A DNA stretch of 48,501 nt from Coniocarpon cinnabarinum (lineage: Eukaryota): the NCBI GenBank assembly GCA_051942205.1, contig JAVECO010000068.1:62001-110501 (forward strand), written 5' to 3'. How positions within the stretch are numbered: the stretch's first letter is position 1; each line of letters starts with the position of its first letter. Shown piece by piece: positions 1-11,178 of the stretch. Made by a program: the position numbers and the translations under genes. Under the pieces are notes generated by a model. It did not search any database. It saw only the letters and a list, made by a program, of their open reading frames with translations, and was not told the origin of the DNA.

Positions 1-533
1 TTCTTTTGTGACCTCAACGCGAGGGCCAGACTCCTTGAACCCGTATAGATATTAAGGGCGGCTGTTAGACCACGCTTAGAATCGATTGTTAATGATGACT
101 TGCTTCGATCGATCCAGCTGGCCTGCGTAATGGCAGTGCGATGGTACGAGTGCTGGACTTTGCAGGGGTTCTCAGCTCAGGTTGCCCATTCAGTCGTAGT
201 TCATACCATAGCTTCAACGTCTTTGGAAAAAGGTCGTCTTCATAAGGATCAAGGCCAACTACGTTCGTTACATCATTGAGAGCTGAATATTTGTGTAATG
301 TGTGCAAGCACTTTTCAAGATGTGCAGGCAATCTGCACCTCTCATGTCTATACAGCACTAGCCGGAGCCCTTTCCTCTATCCATCCCAAGCGTCCCAGCT
401 TTTGCAAGCTTCTCGCTGCAGCTGAAATTGCCAGTGAATCTTTGAGTTCTTTATTAGACTAGTCAAGGCCCTCTGAAGCAGCACCTATCCTTACCTCTTA
501 TTCATCAGCATTGACGTCCCGAACCTTGCTGGT

Positions 534-1544
534 ATGGCTATTAAGCTACTGCCGGTTGAGCATGATGACTTCAACACCATGCGCCACTTTGTGCAAAGTC
601 GAGATGGTCAGCTTAGTGACGTGACCAGCGATCATGCCATGCCTGTCCAAACAGATGAGCAAGCGGGTATTCGCAACGATTGGTACGTAGACACTTGCTT
701 CACACGATACCAACCATGTCAAAGGGACCTCAACTCCGACACCACATCAGTGTGCGGCAAGAGAGCTTTGGAGCACAGTGCTTTGCATCTTTGCAGAGCA
801 CTCGAACGCCAGACATCTTTCTCAGGCAACGAAGCTCAACTGCGCGGCACTACTAATAATACTCACCACAGGAGCCTCCAAGTCCAACAGGACATCTTCT
901 CGAATGACAAAACGGTCCACTTCATCAAAGCCGTCGACACCGAGAATGGCGACATCCTCGCGATAGCGCACTGGCGCTTTTATCCACACGGTTACGTGCC
1001 TTCAGCCTTGGACTTTGCAGGCCTCAAGGATCGCAACGCCTCGGCTTCATATCCCGAGGGTCTCAACGTGGGCTTGTACAAGGCTATTCTGAGCGGCATG
1101 ATTGATCAGCGGCCTTTGTGGACGGGCAATGGCCCACAGTGGAGTATGCGACGGTCTCCTGTTTATCGGCTACTGACGTGTGACTTTGAGATCATGTATG
1201 CTAATGCGTTGGTGCTCCAGTTCTTACCAACATCAAGACTCGAGAGGCGGTGAGGAGGCGGGGCGCGGGTGGAGCGTTGGTGCAATGGGGTCAGGCGTGT
1301 CCGTCGTAGAGCTCGAAAGTCCATGCTTGCTAACCAGAATACAGGCATTGAAAGCGCACGAAGAGACGGATGCCCTGCGTTTCTGGAGGCAGATGCACCC
1401 GGCGTTTCGCTATATAAGAAGCAGGGGTTTGTAGAGGTAGGGGAGATCAAAGTCGATCTCCGGCCGCATGGTGTTGATCATGTACTCGTTCTCAAGAGGA
1501 TGGTCGCGAACCAGCGATCAGAGAATTCTGGCACGAAATCATAA
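534..1544 (+). CDS. GNAT-family N-acetyltransferase, ~229 aa, 4 exons (534-682, 872-1143, 1221-1289, 1345-1544)
   Basis: Introns 683-871 (GTACGT..CAG), 1144-1220 (GTATGC..CAG) and 1290-1344 (GTCAGG..CAG), each with a CTAAY branch site. The spliced protein has the acetyl-CoA motif A (TREAVRRRGAGGALVQWG) and the C-terminal AFLEADAPGVSLYKKQGFVEVG typical of fungal GNATs. Confidence 0.88.
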
Positions 1545-1730
1545 GCGCCAGTGGCATAAAGTCTCGTGCACCATTCTCCCAAAATCACGTCGTTATCAAA
1601 CATTAGGTGTTAATACAGCTGATGGTTTATGTAAAAGGCGTAACGTCGTAGTCTAACAGGTATCTTATCAAATGCTGTACATCAGCTCCTACATCCAAGC
1701 CGGAAGCTTTCTAATCTCGCCCCCAGACGG

Positions 1731-3422
1731 CTAATGTCCACTCCTGGGCCAATCCTGGTGATGATACGCAACATGGCTGGGTGACAGTCGGCCTCTTGCA
1801 TCCCTTGGTTTTGGACTCACACTTTGTGACCTCAGATCCGCGGCGAACGGCACTGACTGACGTACATGGACTGTCGGAAGCGCGGTAATACTGTGCTCCT
1901 CATCCTTCGGCGGCGGCGTTGGGGGCCTCGATGGCAAAGCCGTCGGTAGGGCGGATGGCCCAGGAGTTGTCAAAGCCGATGGGCCCGGCGAACCAACGAG
2001 CGTCGCGTCTTCTTCCATCTTCGAGTCCTGGATATACCACGACCCTGCTGAAGGCAGTCCCTTGTCGAAGACACTGAGACGTGTGCATGATCTTCGAAAA
2101 CGGCCGCTGCCATATTCTCTCCGATTGAAGAGCGCACGAGGCCCAAAGCAGTATCCTCGCCGTACTAGAAACAGCATGCAGGGCAAGTTTTCAGAATAGA
2201 CTCCGAGAGCTATCACGCCGTTTGCCCAGTACGCCGCAGCTAGAAGTGATTCTGAATCATCATACGGTCAGCAGATGTCAAGGCCACTCAATGATGTACT
2301 CTCACTTGTTGGATTGTCTTGCGCGTCATTTCGGTGTTGAATGACATTCACTAGTTTTCCGATCTCGCAGACAATGGCACTGCAACAACTTCGGTCAACT
2401 TGGCTATGCTTTGACGTTTCTTAGCGTTCACGTACCCGTAACTGATGCAAAAGATCCCCATGATAAGCAGCTTCTTTGTCAGAGCAAATTTCAGTCTTAT
2501 GATAAATCGAATGGGGATAACGATGACGTGTAAATCGATCAGTATAGCCAGTACTGAGTTTATGATATACCCCTGGTTGATGGGTAAACATTTGCCGGGG
2601 ATTTCTGGATGCCTGCAAGCGCGTTAGTCACTTCGCTGCCTGCTTCGAAAATAGAGCACCACTTTCCAGAACTTGTGTATTGGCCGGCATTGAAAGGCTA
2701 CCAGAAATATCCAACAGATACCCCACACAGCATTCCAAAAATGTGCTGTGTAGATCGAGAGCTTGTCGAAAGCGGCGGTCGGTTGGAACACCCGAACGTA
2801 GAGGAAAAGGACAGACGCTCGTATGAAGGTGCTACTCGCGACCCATACCCTGGAAGCGCGATCAGTACCACCTGATCTCGTTTCCACGCCGCGATTAATT
2901 TCACCCACATGTTGTTGAACCATTCAATCTTCAATTCGTACGACAAATCTGATGCCGACAATGCGGTGGCATCATAGCCAGCCCCGTGCGTAGCCCATCG
3001 ATAATGGTCCGCACTGTAAGCAACGGTGAGGATCTGCGTTCCTTCTGCATTAGCTCAACATACTTGGGATACATTCAGTCGACCATCAAGCCCGTCCGCC
3101 TTCCTGGTCAAGTGTTTGGACCTGCAAACACGAAGTGAACCACATTGATGATTGGCGCTCAAGCCATCGCACACCACAGAAACTTTGGATAGGTCGCGGA
3201 AGACTGAAAAGCAGCTAAGCGAGCTCATGCTCATTTTCTAAAGTCAAGTACACAAAATCGACTCACCCCAGCAATCAGTGCACTCCAGTCGTCAAGGCAG
3301 TACCTCTTGCCACTCAACAAAGAGCGCGACCAGAACCTCAGCGCCACGACAATCGGAATTGTTACCATGTAAACAATGCAGAGACTGCTCAAAGTATTGG
3401 TGCCGCCCTGAGCACCATCCAT
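1731..3422 (-). CDS. PTH11-like (fungal rhodopsin-domain) integral membrane protein without CFEM, ~411 aa, 6 exons (3422-3267, 3033-2909, 2849-2667, 2612-2436, 2379-2306, 2251-1731)
   Basis: Family hallmarks in order: VALRFWSR, LDDWSALIA, HGAG loop, IRASVLFLYVRVF, FQCRPIHKFW..PGKC, IDLHVIVIPI, KKLLIMGIF, ENLP, then a Pro/Ser-rich tail. Intron 3 needs a non-canonical donor (see findings). Confidence 0.85.
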
Positions 3423-4869
3423 GTCAAGACGCCGCGAGCAAACCTGGCGCAAAGAAGAAGTTTGGGCGGAAGGGGCCAGGTGCAAAGATGAAGCATCTTC
3501 AAGTAGCCAGCCAGACCTGCGACACAAGTTGCCTGGTCCTCTGCAAGGGCCTTCTCCAACGCTATGATGTGCAAGACAGAGTTCATACCATGCAGTAGTA
3601 CGTGTTGATAGTGCAAACTCTACCAATCACCAGGTTCGTCAACTGATTTTATGAGCCAACATCTGTCCGACCCAAGGACTGTCAAGTTTCTAGGCCGGAA
3701 GACGGAGCCATTCCATTTCACGATTCGCTCGATGTGACCGGCTGTCGTCCGGCCATGTTGATTGCAAGGTCAAGCAAGTAAGCTAGACAATAATGTGGTC
3801 AAAGCAGCGACAAGTCAGGACAGCATTTGCACGGCATCCGAGTCAGAATGGAACGGCCGGTGGCTGGCGGTGGATCGGGGCAAGCTGTGACGAGATGAGG
3901 AGACAGAAATGCTGTGAGTGTTGCAAGGAACGGGTGTGAAGATATGCCTTGACTATACTGAAGAGAGCGAGGCGCGTACCACAGACCGGGTTCGAGGTGA
4001 GCTCAGGAATGACTCGACGGCGAGAGATGCACATCATGATGGGCGCGTTCCCTGTCCAGACCTGTGCTGGAGCAGGGATCATGACCAGGCGACTGAGTTT
4101 CACACCGGGCACCAAGGCTGTAGAAGGACGTGCATGACACAAAGTGAAACAGATTTTCTGGCAGTAGCGCTCCACAACGAGGGGTCATTCGTGGACTTGC
4201 AAGAATGCGGCCGGAAATTTGAGTCATGGGCGCTGCATCACAGTGACAGAGGCATTCCCACCCGAACCAGTGCAAGTAGGTTCGAGCTCCAAACTCTCCG
4301 TGAATTTTCCAGTTGCCGCGGACAATCCGATACGCGACGTGTTGATGGGCCAGCGCAACGCGACCCAAAGGACGGATGTAGTCCAGGGGCGTTTCAACTG
4401 GCGTCAAGAATGAGAGAAGATGTGATGAAGTCGATCACCGGCTTCGGAAATGTATCTCTTCCCCGCTCTGCCGGTCACAGACACAGCCTCAGAAGAGGTG
4501 GCAGAGCACAGCGCCTGCAGCCACCACTATCTCATGCCATGATTCTTGAACCCCTGCCGTTCTAGCACTGCATTCGGAACGCTAGGTCCAAGTTCTCAAG
4601 TTGAGCCCTTCAAACAGGCGTCCAATGTACCAGTGAACCCCAGTCCCTGCACACATGCATCAAACTCTTCCTTGCCCTGCACGCTTCACTCCGACCGGCA
4701 CGTGCCGACAGCTTGTGGGAATACTCAGAACATTCGTCTCATTCTGGAATGGCCAGCCCCATATGCGTCGATGCCCTCCCCTTGATTTTGATACGTCTCT
4801 CTTTCACCTATACACGTGTCTTGCCGCGCTGCTGTGACTGCTTTCGTGTCATATCTGGGTGCTTGCTCC

Positions 4870-6078
4870 ATGTCATACGACAATGAAGTTCATTAACACT
4901 ATCAAAGGGCCCGGGTCCATATCGTCGCCGGCAGCTACAATGGGCCAAGTAACAACGACTCAGATGAGACGATTGAGCATGTCAGCTTCACCTACATATG
5001 AGCTCTCGGCGCTGAGTTCTACAACGTCTTGGACGAGAGCACACTGAAAGCAGGAAGATACTCAGCCTTCAGTTCGGGCTTGGTAATTCCTTCCCTGCTA
5101 TTTGTTACTCGTGGCCCGCACTTGTTCTGCCTCTTGCTCTCAACTCTTCAAATACTCGTACCCGTCGCAATGCACAATTATAAGCGCAAGCGCAAGCGTG
5201 ATGATGATGATGATGATGATGATGATGCTGACCACGGCCGTTAACGTGCTCCATGTGTACGCTGCGCTCAATCCCCGCAGTTCCCTCTGAAAACATCTTG
5301 TGGTCACACATATTGCCGAGCTTGCATAGAACTGGACAGCCAAGAGGCCAGGACCGCAGGACGTAAAAAAAAGACGTGCAGAAGATATAGGAGCTTATAT
5401 AAAGAAGCTTGCTTTCGCAGCTACATTGCCCTGGAGGACTCATCATCGGAAGCCATTCCGAAGGCGTCTGATTCCACATCTGGCCAGATGCAGTACTTGC
5501 ACCCACTTGAGATCTATCAAGGTAAAGATACTTCAAATTTGAATTTGATGCCGAAGCTCAAGATCTTGCTGAGAACTTAAACTTTAGTGAAGATGGAGCC
5601 TACGTCTCACGATCTCACCAGTTTCCCAGAACTCGTCAAATCGGACGAAGCAGAGGTGGACCTTGAGAACGGCATGGCTTCCTATGATATAGGGATCACA
5701 GATGAAATGCGTGCCAAAGTGATGGCGATCAGATTGATTCACAATTTGCTGAAAAAGGAGCTTGACGACGCAGACGGGAAAATGAAGAAAGCTGAAGATC
5801 ACCACAAGGCGCCTTTGAAACATTTGTTGCAGCAAGTTGTCAATTCGTCAAGCCATTTGCAGCGTTCACGTTTTGCTAAGGAGCTGGAGGAGATGTCCAG
5901 TACGGCGGAGAAGGCTATCCGGCCGCGCAAGCTCATGGTAACAGGACTCGCGGAGCAAACAGTGAAGCTTGGAACGCGAATGCATACGCAAATCCACTAT
6001 CTACGCAGAGCACTCGGGCCCAAGCGATGGCCGGAGCTGAACGGCTTGAAAGCTGATTTGACAGCGTTGCGAGAGTAG
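4870..6078 (+). pseudogene. Disrupted gene encoding a C3HC4 RING finger followed by a helical/coiled-coil region
   Basis: One frame from ATG 4870 to TAG 6078 is broken by TAA 4894, TGA 4999 and TAA 5242. TAA 5578 lies in a plausible 66-nt intron, 5522-5587. The frame reads CVRC-x11-CGHTYCRAC-x17-CRRY, with the last Cys codon read as TAT. Confidence 0.65.
5200..5226 (+). repeat. (GAT)9 microsatellite, poly-Asp in the RING pseudogene frame
   Basis: Read directly from the sequence. Confidence 0.95.
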
Positions 6079-6535
6079 GGCCATTTTTCTACTGTCTTCA
6101 TTCCCTTACCTTGCTGATTTGCAGTTCCAGGCATGCTCGCGCCAAGGCAGATCGCTTGAACTGCACCATCGGTGAAAATGGGGAAGATAATCATGATGAT
6201 GACTCAGGAGACGGCTATAGATAGCCTTCCAACAGTCGACGCATCGATTGTATATCATCTTCAATGGCACAATGTCTCGCTTAGTATTCCAACCAGCCTG
6301 GCACATAGATTTTCGTCTTTACGATGCAACAATGGAAAGGCATCTTTCCGGTATATTCAGGCGGTCGATCAAATCAATGCAACTTCGCGACTCGGAGGTT
6401 TTTGCTTGATACGGAGAGTTGGCTGAATTATACATTCATGCATTAGAAACGTTTGAATGCAACATCAACCTCAGCTCTGTCGCAAAGCATATCTTAATAT
6501 CGCAGCTGATAGTGCTTCCCACGATTTAGTCATCG

Positions 6536-8099
6536 TCACACTCCTTTGGTGGCCTTGGTCGGGTGTAGACTGCCACCTTCGAGAGGCTTCCATGTGACAA
6601 GACGTTTGAAAGCCTCAACGATCTTGCTGCGCAGTGCGACAATGAGCTTGAACAAGAGAGTATTCTGTATCCATTGTGAGTCCCAAAGCGTCAGTAACTC
6701 CAGGAATGTGTAACACAGAACGCTTGTGACAACGGCAACCGCAACGAACCAGTAGATATGAACAGAGGGTGATGTACCAAATTCTCGCATATTCATACCA
6801 AATAGCGATGTCGAGAAGTTGAGTGGGATGAAGAATAAAGCTACGATCGTCAGTCTGATCTCGTCAGTCAGCACACTGAACAAGTCCTGCAGAGTGAATT
6901 TGGTTGGAAGAAGCATACCTGCGCACTGATTCTGCCGAAGTAATGCCTTCTCGGGCTTGCTCAATGCCCATGAAAGTCCACATGGTCTGAGCCGACACGG
7001 CCCAGTAGCCTGCGATCCGGTCGCATTTGTCTAAAACGTGTTGGAAGTCCAACAGCACGGAATCAAACAGCGAGCAAGCCATGCCTTGTTCGTTGCAAAA
7101 CTTGTGAAAGCGTACGAGATGCGCTTGAGTCGACTCTTTGGTATCCTGCAAATCTCGGAATCGGTTCATTACTGAGAGCATGTATTTCATGTGAGCAATC
7201 TTGGCCCTGTCTGATATTTTACTGATCCCGGCAAGCATCTTCTCCATTACAGTTAACTTCTGGTTGCTTATTTGAGCTTCGCAGCTCAGCAAAAAGGCAA
7301 GGTTGAGGAGTCCAAGGTGGTCGTTCGGGTGCTGCTCTCGCAACTTTGCGGATCTTTGTGGATTAAACGCAGCCATTTGGCGACTTCTTGGAGAGTTCGT
7401 TTGAAAATCCACGAGTGATCGTCCGGGATGCATACAGCCGAAGCAGAGTACTGTTCTGTTAGCGTGCACAACAGTTTGTCAGCAGACGAGTGTCTTACCA
7501 ATGGGCTGGTTCTTACCCACCAAGACAGCGGCAGTCGCATGTCCAATCTGCGCGGCAAATGACAGCTGCAAGAACTTATTGGAAGAGGGCAGCAGTGTGA
7601 AAAAGTCATCGGGGTCGCCTTTGTCAAGCACCCCGAGATGGTGATGCAAGAAGGCAGGATCAAAGTCTGTGATCTCGTGAAGCGCCTGAATGAGTGACAT
7701 GTTCAGATTGACCCATAGTGGACGATGTTCCACGTAGATAAAGCAGACGCCTTCGCTGTTCAGGACTGTCCGTAGGTCATCGGCGACAGGCCGTACTGGT
7801 AAGTATGTAAAGGTCTGTGGCGGCTGCGACGGTGAGCTGTTCCAGATGGTGATTGAGGACTTTTCGTTACCCTTGCCGTTTTTCTGTAGTGATGGTACGT
7901 CTTTCAGTAGTCGCACTAACCAAGGAAAGTCATTGGACCAGTCCTCTGTGATCTGGTCATACCACGCAGCGGTCGCCATGAAAAGCCACGGAAGCCTACT
8001 TCGTGCAAAGTTACCTTTACATCCGATTATTACCTTGTTCAACGTTATGATGAGTTGTCGGAGAGCCCGTAAGTATGTAGAATCGCTGGCGAGCCACAT
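6536..8099 (-). CDS. CorA-like (GMN motif) membrane protein, ~483 aa, 3 exons (8099-7499, 7450-6919, 6854-6536)
   Basis: Introns 7498-7451 (GTAAGA..CAG) and 6918-6855 (GTATGC..CAG) join three ORFs in frame. The C-terminus reads AESVRRLTIVALFFIPLNFSTSLFGMNMREFG, followed by a second TM (IYWFVAVAVVTSVLCY), which is the CorA two-TM signature. Confidence 0.8.
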
Positions 8100-8466
8100 T
8101 CATCACGGATCAGGCTGAGCTGAAGATCCTGAGCACGACGCAAGGCTGGATTGCGGTGCTTACCTATCATTGGGGATTAGGCTTATCGAACGTTGCATGA
8201 CTACGATTACACGACACTTCAATATGACGAATAACGGGATCTTTGTACATTAATGTCAGTTCCTAGATTCATGGCGCATCGATCTATGCAAGTAGATTGA
8301 GCGGTGGATGTGGTTAGAGGACGCAGACGTCACATGATGCTGGCCACTTTCAGGGAGGTAGCTGCTGACTAACGTGGCACCGCAAGAGCTTCAGCTCCTG
8401 TTGCTGTGCAAGCGTGCAAGAAGCTTGTTCGTAGAAAATCTTCTGACCACGCGTGTCGACCATGAC

Positions 8467-11178
8467 ATGTTCACAGCTCGCCCGAACCATACCCTCGCGA
8501 TCTACAGCTCAAGGTCGCGTCGTCATGGCTCCGTCACTCACTCGGCTTATTTCAGCTCCCGCGAGGACCGCGCAGAGCCTGCGCGAAGGAGGACACGCAC
8601 CTTCCGGCGCCAGCAAGCAGCTGGTCCAACTTCATCCTCTGATCAGGCAGCGGACAATGGCACGATAGCACCCAGCTCAGATGGCTCTTCCAGGTCTCAG
8701 ATTTCTCGAGGAACAATAGTTAGCTCTTCGGCGACATCATCACAACCTGTGGCATCTTCCAAACACGAATCACAAGCTCTCGCTCATTCTGCAAGCCATG
8801 AGCTGCGGGGAAAATCTGAAGGCGCAGTGTCCACAAACAATGATGAGGCGAAGCAGTTGCAAGGCTACAAAAACCTCACCCTTCAGCAGCTCACTGATCA
8901 CCTGGATCTCTCCTCACCCGTGGATGTCTTCCGGCGCTACTTACTTGGGCCTGATACCCTCATCCGCTCACGGATTCTTAATGATCGCATGTTGAAGGCT
9001 CAGACCGATACGCCTCATCAACGACTTGGGAATCGCAACAGAACAGCACAGCCAAGTCTTGAGGAGTGGTTTATGAAGAGAAGACCCACCCATGGCAGTC
9101 GAAGAGTCCGTCTGATCGAAGATGAAACGGAGACGAGGAATCCTAGCGAGGGCACATATGTGCGCAATGAGCTTGAAGATGATGATCGAGATCCATTCCA
9201 CCAAACAGATTTGCAGCCCGATCTCAATCGATATTCGGAGCTACACGATGAAGAGCATCACCATGAGCATGAACGAGTATCTTCCACCCTTATTGCAGAC
9301 TCCGTTCGCTTTCAGATCCGTGCCTGTCGATCTCCAGAGGACATACGCCGCACCGTCACAAACTGCCTTCGACCAATACCTAATCCCAATCACCCAAAAC
9401 ATAAGTCAAGCGCTTTCGCTTCTGACACACCTCATCCAAGAGCGACCACTTCTGAGCCGCTGTTTCTCACGAATCCAGCAGCCTACTACGTCTCCTCTCC
9501 GCATGTACAATATGCAATCGCTTCGATTCTCAGCCGTCAACCCATCGACAAAGACTACAACATCATATCAGAAGAGGAGCATGCGCGCGCATTGCGCAAT
9601 CCCCTGTCCCGACTCCACCGCTCCACGCGTACTCCATTTGAACCAAGGCGCATACTCATCTGCATCAACACGATAATGCACCGGTTTCGCGCTCACGACC
9701 CACCCCTCGTCATTGAAGTACCAATCATAGAAGTGGGCTTGCTGTCAGCAGCGCAGGACCAGAACTACTCAGCGCTTCGTCTGTGGCTGAGCGTCTGGCG
9801 CCAATGGGAGAAAACACGAGCGGCCAAGAGCGATGGCAAGCAATATTTGAGGATGCGATCTCAATTGTTTACAAGAGTGCTGCATAGGTTGCAAGAGGCC
9901 GTCTACAGCAGTCGCCTCACGGAGAAGACATCACAAGATATCCCGTACGATGGCACTCTACCCACGCCACCCACACTCCAAGAGCGCGACGCAGGTGCCC
10001 TTCGTATCATTCTTCGCGAGCTCCGCCACTTTGTGCAGAGTACCGACTGCGATGCGCTGCGCGAATATATCCTTCTTTTGGGTGCTTGCGGGCCCGCAGC
10101 TCGTGATCCACTCTTGGAATACTGGTCCCAATTTGAGGCTCAGCGACGCCGATCGCGACGTTCGTCAACGTTGACTAAGTCCAACAAGCATGTTGAGGAT
10201 CCGGCCTTGAGTGAGACTGACTTTACGGCTCAAGAGCAAGGAGAGCACATCCCTGAGGCTGAAAAGACTCATGAGGATTTGGATGAGGTTGACTTCGAGG
10301 AGAGCATAGGAGCATCTTATGCAACAGCAAGAGACGTATCAGTTGAGACCAAAGATTCGAGCAAAGTGGCGGCCAGTAACACAACCGCTGAAGAAATCGC
10401 AGCGTCGTCCCATGACAATGCCATTACACAGCGCCCTGTGTCAGATTTCAATATTCAAACCTCAAAAGAGGAATCATCTACTTCCCAAGCCACCGATCCC
10501 ATCTCGCAGCCCGTCCAGCGATCACCAGCACCCCAGCCCACCTCCTCCAACCTCCTCATCCCCGTCCACATCGTTCACCTTCTCTTCCACCACCAACATC
10601 CCAAAGACGCGTGGTCCATCTTTCGCAAAATCGCCTTTTCCCGTCTCTACGGCCCTCCTGTTCAACACTCTCGGTACGACGGAAAATCCCATCCCGCAGA
10701 CACCCCTCGATCCCAGTCCTCCCGCGCACGCCGCCAGCTCTTTCGACTCGCATTCAGTCAGATCGAGCACGGGCGGGGAATGCCGCACTTACATCTCAAC
10801 GTCTCGCAGAAGCGGTTACTTGAGCAAGAGATGGGCGCGCTGTTGGAGGAGCGATTACGAGTGTTGGAAGATGCTTTGGGTGTTAAATGGAACGTTGATG
10901 CAACGAGTCCATTTCGGGGCAGTCATGAAGCTCTTGAGGGACGGGCGATGATGTCGAGACTTGCGGCTTTGGCCAGTGGGGAGGATCGCAAGTCTGGTGG
11001 TGACTCGGGAGAGAGCGTCGAGGATGCTGCAAAGAGCGGGAGCGAACAGAGGATCGAAGCTCAGGATGGGAGTGAGGATGTTGGTATAGCGATGAATGAG
11101 AAGAGTCAGGATGATGCTGACGAGGACATTTCGACTGGAACGTTCAATAGGACAACGACATGTGTAATGGGTCAATGA
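8467..11178 (+). CDS. Hypothetical protein, ~903 aa, intronless; Arg/Ser-rich N-terminus suggests a mitochondrial presequence
   Basis: 2.7-kb uninterrupted ORF with first ATG at 8467 (MFTARPNH). I recognise no domain. Confidence 0.7.
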   Translation: MFTARPNHTLAIYSSRSRRHGSVTHSAYFSSREDRAEPARRRTRTFRRQQAAGPTSSSDQAADNGTIAPSSDGSSRSQISRGTIVSSSATSSQPVASSKHESQALAHSASHELRGKSEGAVSTNNDEAKQLQGYKNLTLQQLTDHLDLSSPVDVFRRYLLGPDTLIRSRILNDRMLKAQTDTPHQRLGNRNRTAQPSLEEWFMKRRPTHGSRRVRLIEDETETRNPSEGTYVRNELEDDDRDPFHQTDLQPDLNRYSELHDEEHHHEHERVSSTLIADSVRFQIRACRSPEDIRRTVTNCLRPIPNPNHPKHKSSAFASDTPHPRATTSEPLFLTNPAAYYVSSPHVQYAIASILSRQPIDKDYNIISEEEHARALRNPLSRLHRSTRTPFEPRRILICINTIMHRFRAHDPPLVIEVPIIEVGLLSAAQDQNYSALRLWLSVWRQWEKTRAAKSDGKQYLRMRSQLFTRVLHRLQEAVYSSRLTEKTSQDIPYDGTLPTPPTLQERDAGALRIILRELRHFVQSTDCDALREYILLLGACGPAARDPLLEYWSQFEAQRRRSRRSSTLTKSNKHVEDPALSETDFTAQEQGEHIPEAEKTHEDLDEVDFEESIGASYATARDVSVETKDSSKVAASNTTAEEIAASSHDNAITQRPVSDFNIQTSKEESSTSQATDPISQPVQRSPAPQPTSSNLLIPVHIVHLLFHHQHPKDAWSIFRKIAFSRLYGPPVQHSRYDGKSHPADTPRSQSSRARRQLFRLAFSQIEHGRGMPHLHLNVSQKRLLEQEMGALLEERLRVLEDALGVKWNVDATSPFRGSHEALEGRAMMSRLAALASGEDRKSGGDSGESVEDAAKSGSEQRIEAQDGSEDVGIAMNEKSQDDADEDISTGTFNRTTTCVMGQ

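Noticed and set aside
89..358. 89-aa minus-strand ORF
   Set aside because: GTG start, no in-frame ATG-led model or domain that I can support; possibly a fragment.
3843..4565. Overlapping ORFs up to 215 aa upstream of the PTH11-like gene
   Set aside because: No recognisable domain and no consistent splice model; treated as promoter/intergenic DNA.
4894..5244. Premature stops as substrates for sexual-stage A-to-I stop correction
   Set aside because: Such correction mostly involves UAG>UGG. Here there are three TAA/TGA stops plus a lost Zn ligand, which decay explains better.
8374..8466. GTG-initiated N-terminal extension of the 934-aa ORF
   Set aside because: In a eukaryotic context the first ATG at 8467 is the more likely start.
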